61,281 nucleotides of DNA from Devosiaceae bacterium MH13. GTDB lineage: Bacteria; Pseudomonadota; Alphaproteobacteria; Rhizobiales; MH13. The notes under the pieces are model-generated. The model saw only the letters and a program-made list of their open reading frames with translations, did no database searches and was not told where the DNA came from. The stretch's first letter is position 1. Every line of letters starts with the position of its first letter. The position numbers and the translations under genes are program-made. Below are positions 40,030 through 49,249 of this stretch, one piece after another. The stretch lies in NCBI GenBank assembly GCA_019192585.1, contig JAHCMG010000170.1, forward strand, positions 1 through 61,281, in the 5' to 3' direction.

Positions 40030-41615
40030 CAGCGCTTCTTCTTCTTTTTGCCGCCGCGCACCGGCCCACCCAAACCAGGCAGTCCGGGCATGCCTGGCAA
40101 ACCGCCAGGGCCGCCAAGGCCGGGCAAGCCGCCGCCCAAACCTGGCATCCCGGGCATGCCGCCCTGTTGCGCCATCTTGGCGAGCGCATCGGCGTCAAGG
40201 CTCGGCATCGCGCCAGCGCCCGGCGCCCCGCCACCCGCTTCGGCAGCTTGGGCCGCCGCGATCTCTTCGGGGCTCGGCATGTTGCCGCCGAACAGGCCGC
40301 CCAGCATGCCGCCCTTCTTCTTGCCCATGGCCTTCATCATGTCGGCCATCTGGCGATGCATTTTCAGAAGCTTGTTGACGTCAGCGACGGCCATGCCGGA
40401 GCCCGCCGCGATGCGCTTCTTGCGGCTCGCTTTAAGGAGTTCGGGCTTGGCGCGCTCCTTCGGCGTCATCGATTGGATGATCGCGATCTGGCGGGTGATC
40501 GCTTTGTCATCGATCCCAGCTTCGTCGATCTGCTTCTTCATCTTGCCGATGCCCGGCATCAGGCCCATCAGCCCGCCCATGCCACCGAGCTTCTGCATCT
40601 GCTGCATCTGCTCTTTGAGATCGTTGAGGTCGAACGCACCTTTCTGCATCCGCTTAGCCATTTTGGCCGCTTTGTCCTGATCGATCTCTTGGGCGGCTTT
40701 TTCCACGAGCGAAACGATGTCGCCCTGGCCCAGAATGCGGCCCGCGATGCGCTCGGGATGGAACTCTTCAAGCGCGTCAGTCTTCTCGCCGGTCCCGATC
40801 AGCTTGATCGGCTTACCGGTCACCGCCCGCATGGCGAGCGCCGCACCGCCACGACCATCGCCATCGACACGGGTGAGGACGATGCCAGTGACGCCCAGGC
40901 GCTCATCAAAGGCGCGCGCGGTGTTCACCGCGTCCTGACCGGTCAGCGCATCGACAACCAGCAGCGTTTCATGCGGCTTGGCGACGGCTTCAATCTCGGC
41001 CGTCTCAGCCATCAGCGCTTCATCAACGGTGGTCCGGCCAGCCGTGTCGAGCAGCACCACGTCATGGCCGCCGAGCCGCGCCGCATCCATCGCGCGCTTG
41101 GCGATCTGCACCGCGCTCTGGCCGTCGACGATGGGCAGCGTCGGCACCTCAAGCTGCTCACCGAGCACCCGCAGCTGCTCCATCGCAGCGGGGCGGCGCG
41201 TATCGAGCGAGGCCATCAGGACCTTCTTCTTCTCGCGCTCAACCAGCCGCTTGCCGATCTTGGCGGTGGTCGTCGTCTTGCCCGAGCCCTGCAAACCAAC
41301 CATCAAGATCGGCACAGGCGGCACGGCCTGAAGATCGATCGTCTGCGCTTCGGAGCCAAGGACGGCAACAAGCTCGTCATGGACGATCTTGATGACCTGT
41401 TGGCCCGGCGAGACGCTGCGCAGCACCTCCTGGCCGACGGCCCGTGCGCGGACCTGTTCGACGAAGGCCCGGACGACCTCCAGCGCGACATCGGCCTCGA
41501 GCAGCGCCCGGCGCACCTCGCGCAGCGCTTCACCGACATCCTTCTCGCTCAGCGCACCACGTTTGGTGAGGCTGTCGAGAATGCCTGAAAGGCGGTCGGA
41601 AAGAGTATCGAACAT
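40029..41615 (-). CDS. ffh: Signal recognition particle protein
   Basis: GLQGSGKTTT, DTAGR, Met-rich M domain; start at ATG 41615 (MFDTLSDRL). Confidence 0.99.
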   Translation of the reverse strand: MFDTLSDRLSGILDSLTKRGALSEKDVGEALREVRRALLEADVALEVVRAFVEQVRARAVGQEVLRSVSPGQQVIKIVHDELVAVLGSEAQTIDLQAVPPVPILMVGLQGSGKTTTTAKIGKRLVEREKKKVLMASLDTRRPAAMEQLRVLGEQLEVPTLPIVDGQSAVQIAKRAMDAARLGGHDVVLLDTAGRTTVDEALMAETAEIEAVAKPHETLLVVDALTGQDAVNTARAFDERLGVTGIVLTRVDGDGRGGAALAMRAVTGKPIKLIGTGEKTDALEEFHPERIAGRILGQGDIVSLVEKAAQEIDQDKAAKMAKRMQKGAFDLNDLKEQMQQMQKLGGMGGLMGLMPGIGKMKKQIDEAGIDDKAITRQIAIIQSMTPKERAKPELLKASRKKRIAAGSGMAVADVNKLLKMHRQMADMMKAMGKKKGGMLGGLFGGNMPSPEEIAAAQAAEAGGGAPGAGAMPSLDADALAKMAQQGGMPGMPGLGGGLPGLGGPGGLPGMPGLPGLGGPVRGGKKKKKR

Positions 41616-41655
41616 CGCGCTATCCCTGTCGCTTGCGGAGGTACGGCCCAAAGCA

Positions 41656-41733
41656 CAAAAGCTCCCGCGGGCGCATCGCGCTGGCGGGAGTTGACCTCCG
41701 GCATCACCTTAAGATGTAGGCGCACCGGTCGGC
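41656..41733 (-). ncRNA. ffh leader RNA motif (alphaproteobacterial cis-element)
   Basis: Sense GGAGGUCAACUCCCGCCAGCGCGAUGCGCCCGCGGGAGCUUUUG hairpin about 45 nt upstream of ffh; resembles the Rfam ffh motif as I recall it. Confidence 0.7.
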
Positions 41734-41819
41734 TCATGCAAAAGGCTGCATCAGCAAGGATGGCGGGTCTATGGCGCCAGGGCGTTGCGAAGTCAAGGTG
41801 AAACGCCTAGCTCGGAGCC

Positions 41820-43043
41820 ATGCAACGCCGTACGATCTTGAAGCTCAGCGCAAGCGCGATGATGGCAGCCATGCTGCCAACCCAGCAGGGGACCACGATG
41901 TCTAGGCGTGAGCCTACCGGCTATCTGCGCACCAATTGGAGCCGCGACCCGTTCGCCTATGGATCCTACTCCTACATCGCCAATGGCTCGCCACCGGCAG
42001 ACCGCAGCATCCTCGCGGCGCCAGAGGGTGGCCGCCTTTACATTGCAGGCGAAGCGGCGAACCCACCTTATGAGGGGACCGTCCACGCAGCTTACGAGTC
42101 CGGCCGGAGCACAGGCCAAACGATTCTGGCTGCAGGCCATCGCTCGATTGGCATAGTTGGCGCTGGGGTCAGTGGTCTCGCGGCCGCGCAAGTGCTCTCG
42201 GAGACCGGCGTCAGCGTTCAGATCTTCGAAGCGCGGGATCGGATCGGGGGTCGCATCTGGACCGATGCAAGCCTCGGCGTCCCGCTCGATCTCGGCGGCA
42301 GCTGGATCCACGGCGATGAGGGCAACCCGCTGGTCGACCTCGCAGCACAAGCAGGCGCGCGAACACTCGAGACGCGGATGACGGATGTCGTCCTCGGGGA
42401 TGGCGGCAAGAGGCTTGGCTGGTTCAGTACGCCCGACTGGCTCGAAACCGTCGCCACGCTGGAGGCCTCCGTTGGCGCTGACCATGATCAGGTCAATTGG
42501 GCGGCCTATGACACCCAGGACGATTATGAAGGCAAGGATCTGCTCCTCCCAAAGGGCTATGCGAGCATCCTCCCAGCGCTTGAGGGTAATTACACCGTCT
42601 CGCTCAGCACGCCCATCTCAGCGGTCTCACATGATGCATCGGGGGTCACCCTGATCGAAAGCGCAGGCACGCGACACCGTTTCGATGCCGTCCTGGTGAC
42701 GGTACCTCTGGGCGTTCTCAAAGCCGGCGCAATCCACTTTGATCCTGCGTTATCGCCGAACAAACAGGCCGTGATCGCGCGGATGGGTATGGGAACGCTC
42801 GACAAGCTCTATCTGCGGTTCGAGGATGTTTTTTGGGACGAAACGCCGACCTGGATCCTGACGCCGGAGACCGGGCTGCCGCGCGGCCAGTTCAACCTGT
42901 GGCTCAATCTGGCGCCCTATCTGGACGAACCGATCATCATGGCCTTCAACGCCGGCTCCGCCGCCCATGCCCTCGCACCGCTCGATGACGCGGCGCTTGT
43001 GGCCCTTGGCACGGATGTTCTGGCCACGGCATACCCGGCCTAA
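41820..43043 (+). CDS. Flavin-dependent amine oxidase family protein, circularly permuted, Tat-like signal
   Basis: GAGVSG at aa 114, EARDRIGGRI, DLGGSWIHG, VTVPLGVL; the normally C-terminal WSRDPFAYGSYS and AGEA...TVHAAYESG occur at aa 40-95. Confidence 0.88.
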   Translation: MQRRTILKLSASAMMAAMLPTQQGTTMSRREPTGYLRTNWSRDPFAYGSYSYIANGSPPADRSILAAPEGGRLYIAGEAANPPYEGTVHAAYESGRSTGQTILAAGHRSIGIVGAGVSGLAAAQVLSETGVSVQIFEARDRIGGRIWTDASLGVPLDLGGSWIHGDEGNPLVDLAAQAGARTLETRMTDVVLGDGGKRLGWFSTPDWLETVATLEASVGADHDQVNWAAYDTQDDYEGKDLLLPKGYASILPALEGNYTVSLSTPISAVSHDASGVTLIESAGTRHRFDAVLVTVPLGVLKAGAIHFDPALSPNKQAVIARMGMGTLDKLYLRFEDVFWDETPTWILTPETGLPRGQFNLWLNLAPYLDEPIIMAFNAGSAAHALAPLDDAALVALGTDVLATAYPA

Positions 43044-43085
43044 AACGGCCCTCAGAAAAAAAAGTTCAAAAAAAATTCCACCGCC

Positions 43086-43112
43086 TGTCGATTGGCGGCG
43101 GTCTCGCTCGTC
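43086..43112 (+). promoter_or_regulatory. Putative ECF42-type promoter
   Basis: TGTCGA-N17-CGTC preceded by two A-tracts, upstream of SRPBCC-YciI-ECF sigma. Confidence 0.7.
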
Positions 43113-43196
43113 ATGGGGGTGAAAGCGCGGGGGAACCAAACGCCGCTTTCACACCTCAACCGGCCAACAGGCCGACCAAAGCTAGGAGCAAGACCC

Positions 43197-43721
43197 ATGA
43201 CCTTCACCACCATCGCAGCCATCGCTGCCGGTATCATCGCCTTCGCCGCCATCGTGCCGCTGGCGCTGCCCGCAAGCAAAACCGTCGAACGCACCGCCAT
43301 CGTCGAAGCGGCACCGCAGGACGTGTACACCCTTCTGTCGTCGACCAAGGGCTTCCAGACCTTCAACCCCTATCTCGACACCGACCCCAACCTGCAGATC
43401 ACGCCGCAAGGCCCCGAGGCTGGCGTCGGCGCCGCCTTCGCCTTTGCTGGCAAAGAGGGCAACGGCACCCAGACCATCACGCGGCTCGAAGAAAATGCCG
43501 AAGTTGAGATGCTGATCGACCTCGGCTCGATGGGCCAGCCGGTGCAGACCTTCACGCTGCGCCCGCACAGCCAAGGCACCGAAGTTGTCTGGTCGGTTGA
43601 AAGTGAGTTCGGCCTCAATCCAATCGGACGGGTGTTCGGCCTGTTCATGGATGGCATGCTGGGCCCGGTTTACGAGCGCGGTCTGCGCAACCTGGCCACC
43701 GTTGTCGCCGCCCCGGCGTAA
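43197..43721 (+). CDS. SRPBCC family protein with N-terminal membrane anchor
   Basis: AGGAG RBS, hydrophobic N-terminus, VERTAIV, GVGA, YERGLRNL; start at ATG 43197. Confidence 0.85.
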   Translation: MTFTTIAAIAAGIIAFAAIVPLALPASKTVERTAIVEAAPQDVYTLLSSTKGFQTFNPYLDTDPNLQITPQGPEAGVGAAFAFAGKEGNGTQTITRLEENAEVEMLIDLGSMGQPVQTFTLRPHSQGTEVVWSVESEFGLNPIGRVFGLFMDGMLGPVYERGLRNLATVVAAPA

Positions 43722-43801
43722 CGGCAGCCACCCCGCCACACTCAGGCGGCCCTTGGGGGAGGGCCGCCTTCACCACACTCCCTTCAGATAGGACCAGACC
43801 C

Positions 43802-44173
43802 ATGCGCTACATGTTCATGCTCTACAATGATGAAAGTGCCTTCGCCCACGTCACCGAAGAACAGATGCAACAGCAGTTCGAACTGTTCGGCCAATATATC
43901 GGCCAGCTCAAACAGGCGGGCATCTTCGTTGACACCGATTGGCTACAACCCTCGCAGTCGGCCACAACGCTGACGCTCAAGGACGGCGAGAAACGCGTAC
44001 AAGATGGCCCCTATGCCGAAACCAAAGAGCAGCTGGGCGGCTACTTCGTCATCGATGTGCCCGACCTTGATGCTGCCTTGGCCTGGGCCGAGAAATGCCC
44101 CTCAGCCCATTACGGCATCATCGAAGTGCGCGCCTCCGCTATGCCCGATGGCCGCAACGGCGCCGACGCGTAA
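43802..44173 (+). CDS. YciI/DGPF family protein
   Basis: DGPYAETKEQLGGYFVI...WAEKCP...IEVR. Confidence 0.93.
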   Translation: MRYMFMLYNDESAFAHVTEEQMQQQFELFGQYIGQLKQAGIFVDTDWLQPSQSATTLTLKDGEKRVQDGPYAETKEQLGGYFVIDVPDLDAALAWAEKCPSAHYGIIEVRASAMPDGRNGADA

Positions 44174-44218
44174 GCCCTTGGCGCCCCCGCCAGGCCGGTG
44201 TGAAGGACACGCCCTTTC

Positions 44219-45493
44219 GTGACACCCGCACCGGCCACTTCAGCAAGCGACCAGATCGAGCGCGTGGCACGCACCGCCTACGGCCGCATCGTCGCCATCC
44301 TTGCCAAACGGACAGGCGATCTGGCCGCCGCTGAAGACGCCCTCGCCGATGCCTTCGCCCAAGCCCTGCGCAAATGGCCCGAAGACGGCATCCCCAAGAA
44401 CCCCGAAAGCTGGCTTGTGACCGTCGCGCGCAACCGCGACACCGACCGGCTTCGATCAAGCGCCCACCGCACCCAGATCGCTGGTGACGCGCTCAGCACC
44501 CTGGAGCGCCGCGCCGATGCGGCGATCGCCGAGACCATGAACAGCCTTGCCATCGACACCATTCCTGACGAGCGGCTCAAGCTGATGTTTGTGTGCGCCC
44601 ACCCGGCCATCGGCGCTGAGATCCGCACGCCCTTGATGCTGCAAACCATTCTCGGGCTCGACGCGGCGACCATCGGCACCGCGTTCGCCGTGCCCGCTGC
44701 CACGATGGCGCAGCGTTTGGTGCGCGCCAAAGCCAAAATCAAACAGGCGGCCATTCCTTTCGAGCTTCCCGACCAAGACGTGATGCCCGAGCGGCTCGAT
44801 AGCGTGCTCGAAGCCATTTATGGCGCCTACGCCACCCATTGGATGGCCGCCTCTGGCGGCACGCAGGGCACCGCGCGCGACTTATGCCAGGAAGCACTTT
44901 TTCTCGCCGATCTCATCGTCGATCTTCTGCCCGATCACGCCGAAGCGCTCGGCCTGGCGGCGCTGGTTTGGTTCATCCATGCGCGCAGCGCCGCGCGGCT
45001 CGATGAAACCGGCGCCCTCGTGCCGCTCGACCAACAAGACACGGCTTTGTGGAACCGGATGGCTCTCGCCCGCGCACAGGCGCTGCTCGGTCGCGCCAGC
45101 GCGCAGCGAACCTTGGGCCGCTACCAACTCGAAGCCGCCATACAGTCCGTCCACGCCGCACGCGCCGAAACCGGGCGCACCGATTGGGGAGCACTCGTGC
45201 AGCTTTATGAGGGGGTTTTGGCTTTGGCGCCCACCTTAGGCGCGGCCGTGGCACAAGCGGCGGCAGTCGGTGAAGCGCACGGTCCCGAAGCGGGCTTGCG
45301 CGCCCTTGAGCGGCTAGACGCCAAGGCCCTCGAGAGCTTCCAACCCGCCTGGGCAACACGAGCGCATTTGCTGGCTGGAACAGCGAATCACTTAGCTGCT
45401 AGATCCGCTTTTCAGCGTGCAATTGATCTTGCGACAGACGTTCCCTCTCGCCGACACCTCGAGAAGCGCTTGGCCGCGCTGCTCAAAACGTAG
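44219..45493 (+). CDS. ECF sigma factor with C-terminal TPR-like extension (ECF42-like)
   Basis: AEDALADAF, WLVTVARN, DERLKLMFVCAHPAI, MAQRLVRAK, GRYQLEAAI; directly after a DGPF gene. Confidence 0.9.
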   Translation: MTPAPATSASDQIERVARTAYGRIVAILAKRTGDLAAAEDALADAFAQALRKWPEDGIPKNPESWLVTVARNRDTDRLRSSAHRTQIAGDALSTLERRADAAIAETMNSLAIDTIPDERLKLMFVCAHPAIGAEIRTPLMLQTILGLDAATIGTAFAVPAATMAQRLVRAKAKIKQAAIPFELPDQDVMPERLDSVLEAIYGAYATHWMAASGGTQGTARDLCQEALFLADLIVDLLPDHAEALGLAALVWFIHARSAARLDETGALVPLDQQDTALWNRMALARAQALLGRASAQRTLGRYQLEAAIQSVHAARAETGRTDWGALVQLYEGVLALAPTLGAAVAQAAAVGEAHGPEAGLRALERLDAKALESFQPAWATRAHLLAGTANHLAARSAFQRAIDLATDVPSRRHLEKRLAALLKT

Positions 45494-45605
45494 CGTCAAT
45501 CCACCCAAATGGGCTAAACTGGCGGCGGGCATAGCTTAGCCAGGTATTTTATGATTTGTTAATAATCAGGAACATTACAGACCTAAGCGCCTGGAGTGCG
45601 CGCAA

Positions 45606-46013
45606 ATGCCTGATAAAGCGCTCAAAACAGTTGTCCTAGTCGACGACGATCCTCTCGACCGGCAGGTCATGGCGCGCACGTTGAAGGAGTTAGATGTCGA
45701 TCTGGAGCTGATCGAAGTCGGCGATCCTTTGTCGGCTATCCAAACCATCGAAGGGCAATCACCCGACCTCACACTCCTCGATATCCGCATGCCGATCATG
45801 GACGGGTTCGAGATCCTTCAAACCTGGAAGAGCCGCCAAACCAACGGCGCCGCTCCGGTGTTGATCCTATCGAGCTCCGCATTTGAAGGCGACCAGGTTC
45901 GCGCACGCGAATTGGGCGCTGACGGCTACTACACAAAGCCAGCATCTTTGTCCGGTTATCGGTCGCTGGCTGAAGACCTGAAACACACATACCTAAGAGA
46001 AATACAGCTGTAA
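45606..46013 (+). CDS. Single-domain response regulator
   Basis: LVDDD, LLDIRMPIMDG, LSSS, YYTKP. Confidence 0.92.
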   Translation: MPDKALKTVVLVDDDPLDRQVMARTLKELDVDLELIEVGDPLSAIQTIEGQSPDLTLLDIRMPIMDGFEILQTWKSRQTNGAAPVLILSSSAFEGDQVRARELGADGYYTKPASLSGYRSLAEDLKHTYLREIQL

Positions 46014-46092
46014 GAACAAAGTTTACAACCAAAGGTTGAACATCTGGCCTACCACCCTATTGTTTGGGCGGTAGCTGGGAGGTGTTTTCGTC

Positions 46093-46473
46093 ATGGACCC
46101 TATCCGCATTCTCTACCTGGACGATTGTGAAATCGATCACCGATTGCTGGATGTCTATCTCCAGCTCGATGAGGCGCGTGCCTACGAACTGACGCCTTGC
46201 AGAACGCTCGAAGAGGCGCTGACTGCGATGAACCGCAGGCAGTTTGATGCTCTTGTCATCGACAACAAGATGCCCCCCTTCAGCACCTTTCTTGAGCCAT
46301 ATGACGTGCTTAGAAAGTCGACGGGGTTCACCGGCCCGACCATCGTGGTTTCCGCCGATGTGAGCGTCCCGGAACTCAAGCCTGATGCGTTGCCGGGCAG
46401 TAAGATGGTTGTCGACAAAGCGGAGCTGTCGACGCTTATCCAGGACGGTATGTTCGGGCGGCTGGTCAGCTAA
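46093..46473 (+). CDS. Single-domain response regulator (divergent)
   Basis: GGAGG RBS; ILYLDD, VIDNKMP, VVSAD, VDK. Confidence 0.82.
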   Translation: MDPIRILYLDDCEIDHRLLDVYLQLDEARAYELTPCRTLEEALTAMNRRQFDALVIDNKMPPFSTFLEPYDVLRKSTGFTGPTIVVSADVSVPELKPDALPGSKMVVDKAELSTLIQDGMFGRLVS

Positions 46474-46514
46474 AAGGCGCCGGTAGCGGCGTTGCGGCAG
46501 GCGCGCCCCGCGGG

Positions 46515-47645
46515 CTAGCCGGTCGCTGCCAACTTCTCCCGTTCCACAAGGGTACCTCGGGTCGTAAAGCGAACTGTCGCGCCCGTGCCCGCGGCGCCTT
46601 CCTCGACCCAGATCGAGCCACCGCGGCTTTCGACAATTCGCTGCGCACTCGCGAGCCCGAACCCAGAAACCGCCGATACCGGCGGCGCGTTTTCCTCTGT
46701 GGCGAACACGGCGGGGTTCGAAAAACCATCCCCTTGGTCGCTGACCCGAAACTCCAACATCTCGGGGTCGGCTGCACTCGGTGCAACCGTGATCTCGCAT
46801 GGCGGCTTGCCGTGCTTCTGCGCGTTCTCCATCAGGTTGCGCAATGTCAGCTCCAGCAACAGGCGCTCTGCCCTCACCGTGACGGCTGGATAGCGGAACT
46901 CGAAATGCCCGCCCGCATCTTGAAGCGAAGCGAGGTCCATCAGCAGCAGGCCAAGATCTACGTTATCCGGGGTTGGGTCATCGCCGACGGTCAGCGCCCT
47001 GGCGTAACTGAGAATGTTATCGATATGCGCGAGGGTCTTGTCAGCAATATCGTCGAGCGCCCGCAGCATGGTCACCTGCTCTGGCCGCAGGACCAATGAT
47101 CCATCGGGCTGCACGGGCGCGTTGTCGGCGTTAAGCACCAAGTCCCCGATCATGCGGATCTTACGCAGCGGGCCGCGTACATCGTGAGCGGCCATCGAGG
47201 TGTACATGGCCGTTTCTTCGTTGAGCTGCTTGAGGTTCGAGAGCGCTTGGGCGTCTTCCAGCTCCCGCACTTTGCGGGCCGTGATGTCGACCGCCACGCC
47301 TAAGATTCCAATGAGGCGACCGTCATCGAAGATGATCGGCGAAAGTGTCGTGTCCCACCAGATTTCGCCATTGGGTAGGTTGAGCACTTCTTCATAGGAA
47401 TGGCGCGCGCGGCTGCGCACACACGTCATGTACTTTGCAGTGATGTTGTCGGCGAAGCGCTTAGGCAGAAACTCATGCGGGCTTTTGCCGACGACCGCAT
47501 CGTTCGACATGCCGGTGACCTGTTCATGGTAGCGATTGAGCTTACGAAACTCGAGACGCTCATCATCCAGCACCGCGAGGATGAAGATCGGCACGTCCAA
47601 AAGGTCCGACCACTCGCACAGGTCGGACAAACGTTTTTCAGGCAT
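46515..47645 (-). CDS. Cytoplasmic PAS histidine kinase
   Basis: PAS domain, AAHDVRGPL H-box, NLMENAQKH N-box, DQGDG, SGFGL; no TM segment; start at ATG 47645. Confidence 0.9.
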   Translation of the reverse strand: MPEKRLSDLCEWSDLLDVPIFILAVLDDERLEFRKLNRYHEQVTGMSNDAVVGKSPHEFLPKRFADNITAKYMTCVRSRARHSYEEVLNLPNGEIWWDTTLSPIIFDDGRLIGILGVAVDITARKVRELEDAQALSNLKQLNEETAMYTSMAAHDVRGPLRKIRMIGDLVLNADNAPVQPDGSLVLRPEQVTMLRALDDIADKTLAHIDNILSYARALTVGDDPTPDNVDLGLLLMDLASLQDAGGHFEFRYPAVTVRAERLLLELTLRNLMENAQKHGKPPCEITVAPSAADPEMLEFRVSDQGDGFSNPAVFATEENAPPVSAVSGFGLASAQRIVESRGGSIWVEEGAAGTGATVRFTTRGTLVEREKLAATG

Positions 47646-47793
47646 CGGTCGCCCCTCACCGCATTTGCAGCCCACAAACGATGATGTTGGAATTTATAGA
47701 GATTCGGCGTCGCGGCGGGAACGCAGAGCCTAAGGCGCTCCCGCCAAGCCTTAGGCGCGGCCCGCGGGTGGCGGCACCCAAGCCCCAAACGCA

Positions 47794-47819
47794 AGAAGCC
47801 GGGCATCGGCCCGGCTTCT
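47794..47819 (-). terminator. Probable terminator of the cold-shock gene
   Basis: AGAAGCCGGGC-ATCG-GCCCGGCTTCT stem about 24 nt after the stop; weak U-tract. Confidence 0.6.
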
Positions 47820-47842
47820 GAAAGTCGATCGGGATGCGGCCC

Positions 47843-48055
47843 CTACTCGTCTTGCACTTGCAGCTGGGCCGCCGCCATCCGGCCGTTACGGCCTTCTTCG
47901 AGCTCGTAGGTAAGCTTCTGATTGTCCTTGAGGGTCTGCAGACCCGCGCGCTCAACAGCGGAGATGTGCACGAACACATCCTTGCCGCCTTCATCGGGAA
48001 CGATGAACCCGTAGCCCTTCGTGGCGTCAAACCACTTGACCGTACCTGTTGCCAT
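47843..48055 (-). CDS. Cold-shock protein (CspA family)
   Basis: MATGTVKWF, KGYGFI (RNP1), VFVHIS (RNP2); AGGAG RBS; start at ATG 48055. Confidence 0.97.
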   Translation of the reverse strand: MATGTVKWFDATKGYGFIVPDEGGKDVFVHISAVERAGLQTLKDNQKLTYELEEGRNGRMAAAQLQVQDE

Positions 48056-48373
48056 GAAACGTCTCCTGCCGTGGCATTCTGTTGAGCCGGCGTGCACGAC
48101 CCAAAATCACTTGTCCGGCGATTTCTTGCGTTCCAACTGCCGTAGGCAGGTCAGGGTCTTCAAAAAATATTGCCGCTACACGCGACGAAAGTATATCAGA
48201 AGCCGGGAAAATAAGAAAGGTGTGCACTGCACATGTGCCAGTAAACCATGGAACGAGCACACAATTTGCCAGCAAGCATGCCGCACAGCACTTCTAGGCA
48301 GCGCCGCTTGGTTGCGGCATAAGCACCTTTCGACCCACAACAGAACCTCAAACGCAAGTCTAGGCCACACCCT

Positions 48374-49249
48374 ATGAGCCCGCTGATTGGCCACACCGCC
48401 CGCGTGATGAACGGTGCCGGCAACCGCATCACCGTTCTCGACCTCAACGACACCGACCACACGGTGACGGGCGATGAGGCACGGGCCATTGCGAGCTTTC
48501 CGCAGACAAGTTTCGACCAGCTGATGGTCATCCATGCGCCGCGCGTTGAGGGCACCGCCGCAACCATCGCCATCTTCAACACCGACGGGTCCTCAGCCGA
48601 GGCCTGCGGCAACGGCACCCGCTGCGTGGGCTGGCATCTCGAAGAAACCCAAGGCATCGAGCAAAGCCGCATGGTTGAGACGGCGGCCGGCCTTTTGCGC
48701 ATCGATCGCGAGGCAGCGCCGCTGACCTACACGGTCGACATGGGCACGCCCAAATTTGGCTGGCAGGACATCCCTTTGTCCGAACCGTTCCAAGACACCC
48801 GCTTCATCGAGCTGCATGTCGGCCCCGCGGACAACCCGGTGCTCTCCTCGCCCGCCGTGGCGAGCATGGGCAACCCGCACGCGGTGTTCTGGGTGGACGA
48901 TGTGAACGCCATCGCGCTCGATAAGATCGGTCCCGTCCTTGAGTACCATCCGTTGTTTCCCGAGCGCGCCAACATCTCCATTGCCCAGGTGATGGATCGG
49001 CAAACCCTGGTCATGCGCACCTGGGAGCGCGGCGCCGGGCTAACGCTTGCCTGCGGTTCGGCGGCTTGCGCGGCGGCTGTCTGCGCGGCGCGCTTGCGCC
49101 GCACGGAGCGAACGGTGACCATCCACCAGCCCGGCGGCACGCTGCAAATCCGTTGGGATGACAGCGATCACGTTTGGATGACCGGCCCGGTCGAGCACGA
49201 GCGCGATGTGGAGTTGACGGACACCATCATCGCGGGCCTTGCGGCATGA
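48374..49249 (+). CDS. dapF: Diaminopimelate epimerase
   Basis: ACGNGTRC, MGNPH, WERGAGLTLACGS. Confidence 0.97.
   Translation: MSPLIGHTARVMNGAGNRITVLDLNDTDHTVTGDEARAIASFPQTSFDQLMVIHAPRVEGTAATIAIFNTDGSSAEACGNGTRCVGWHLEETQGIEQSRMVETAAGLLRIDREAAPLTYTVDMGTPKFGWQDIPLSEPFQDTRFIELHVGPADNPVLSSPAVASMGNPHAVFWVDDVNAIALDKIGPVLEYHPLFPERANISIAQVMDRQTLVMRTWERGAGLTLACGSAACAAAVCAARLRRTERTVTIHQPGGTLQIRWDDSDHVWMTGPVEHERDVELTDTIIAGLAA

Noticed and set aside
38745-41588. 947-aa plus-strand ORF
   Set aside because: Antisense shadow of ffh, the GNAT genes and rpsP in high-GC DNA; no recognisable motifs
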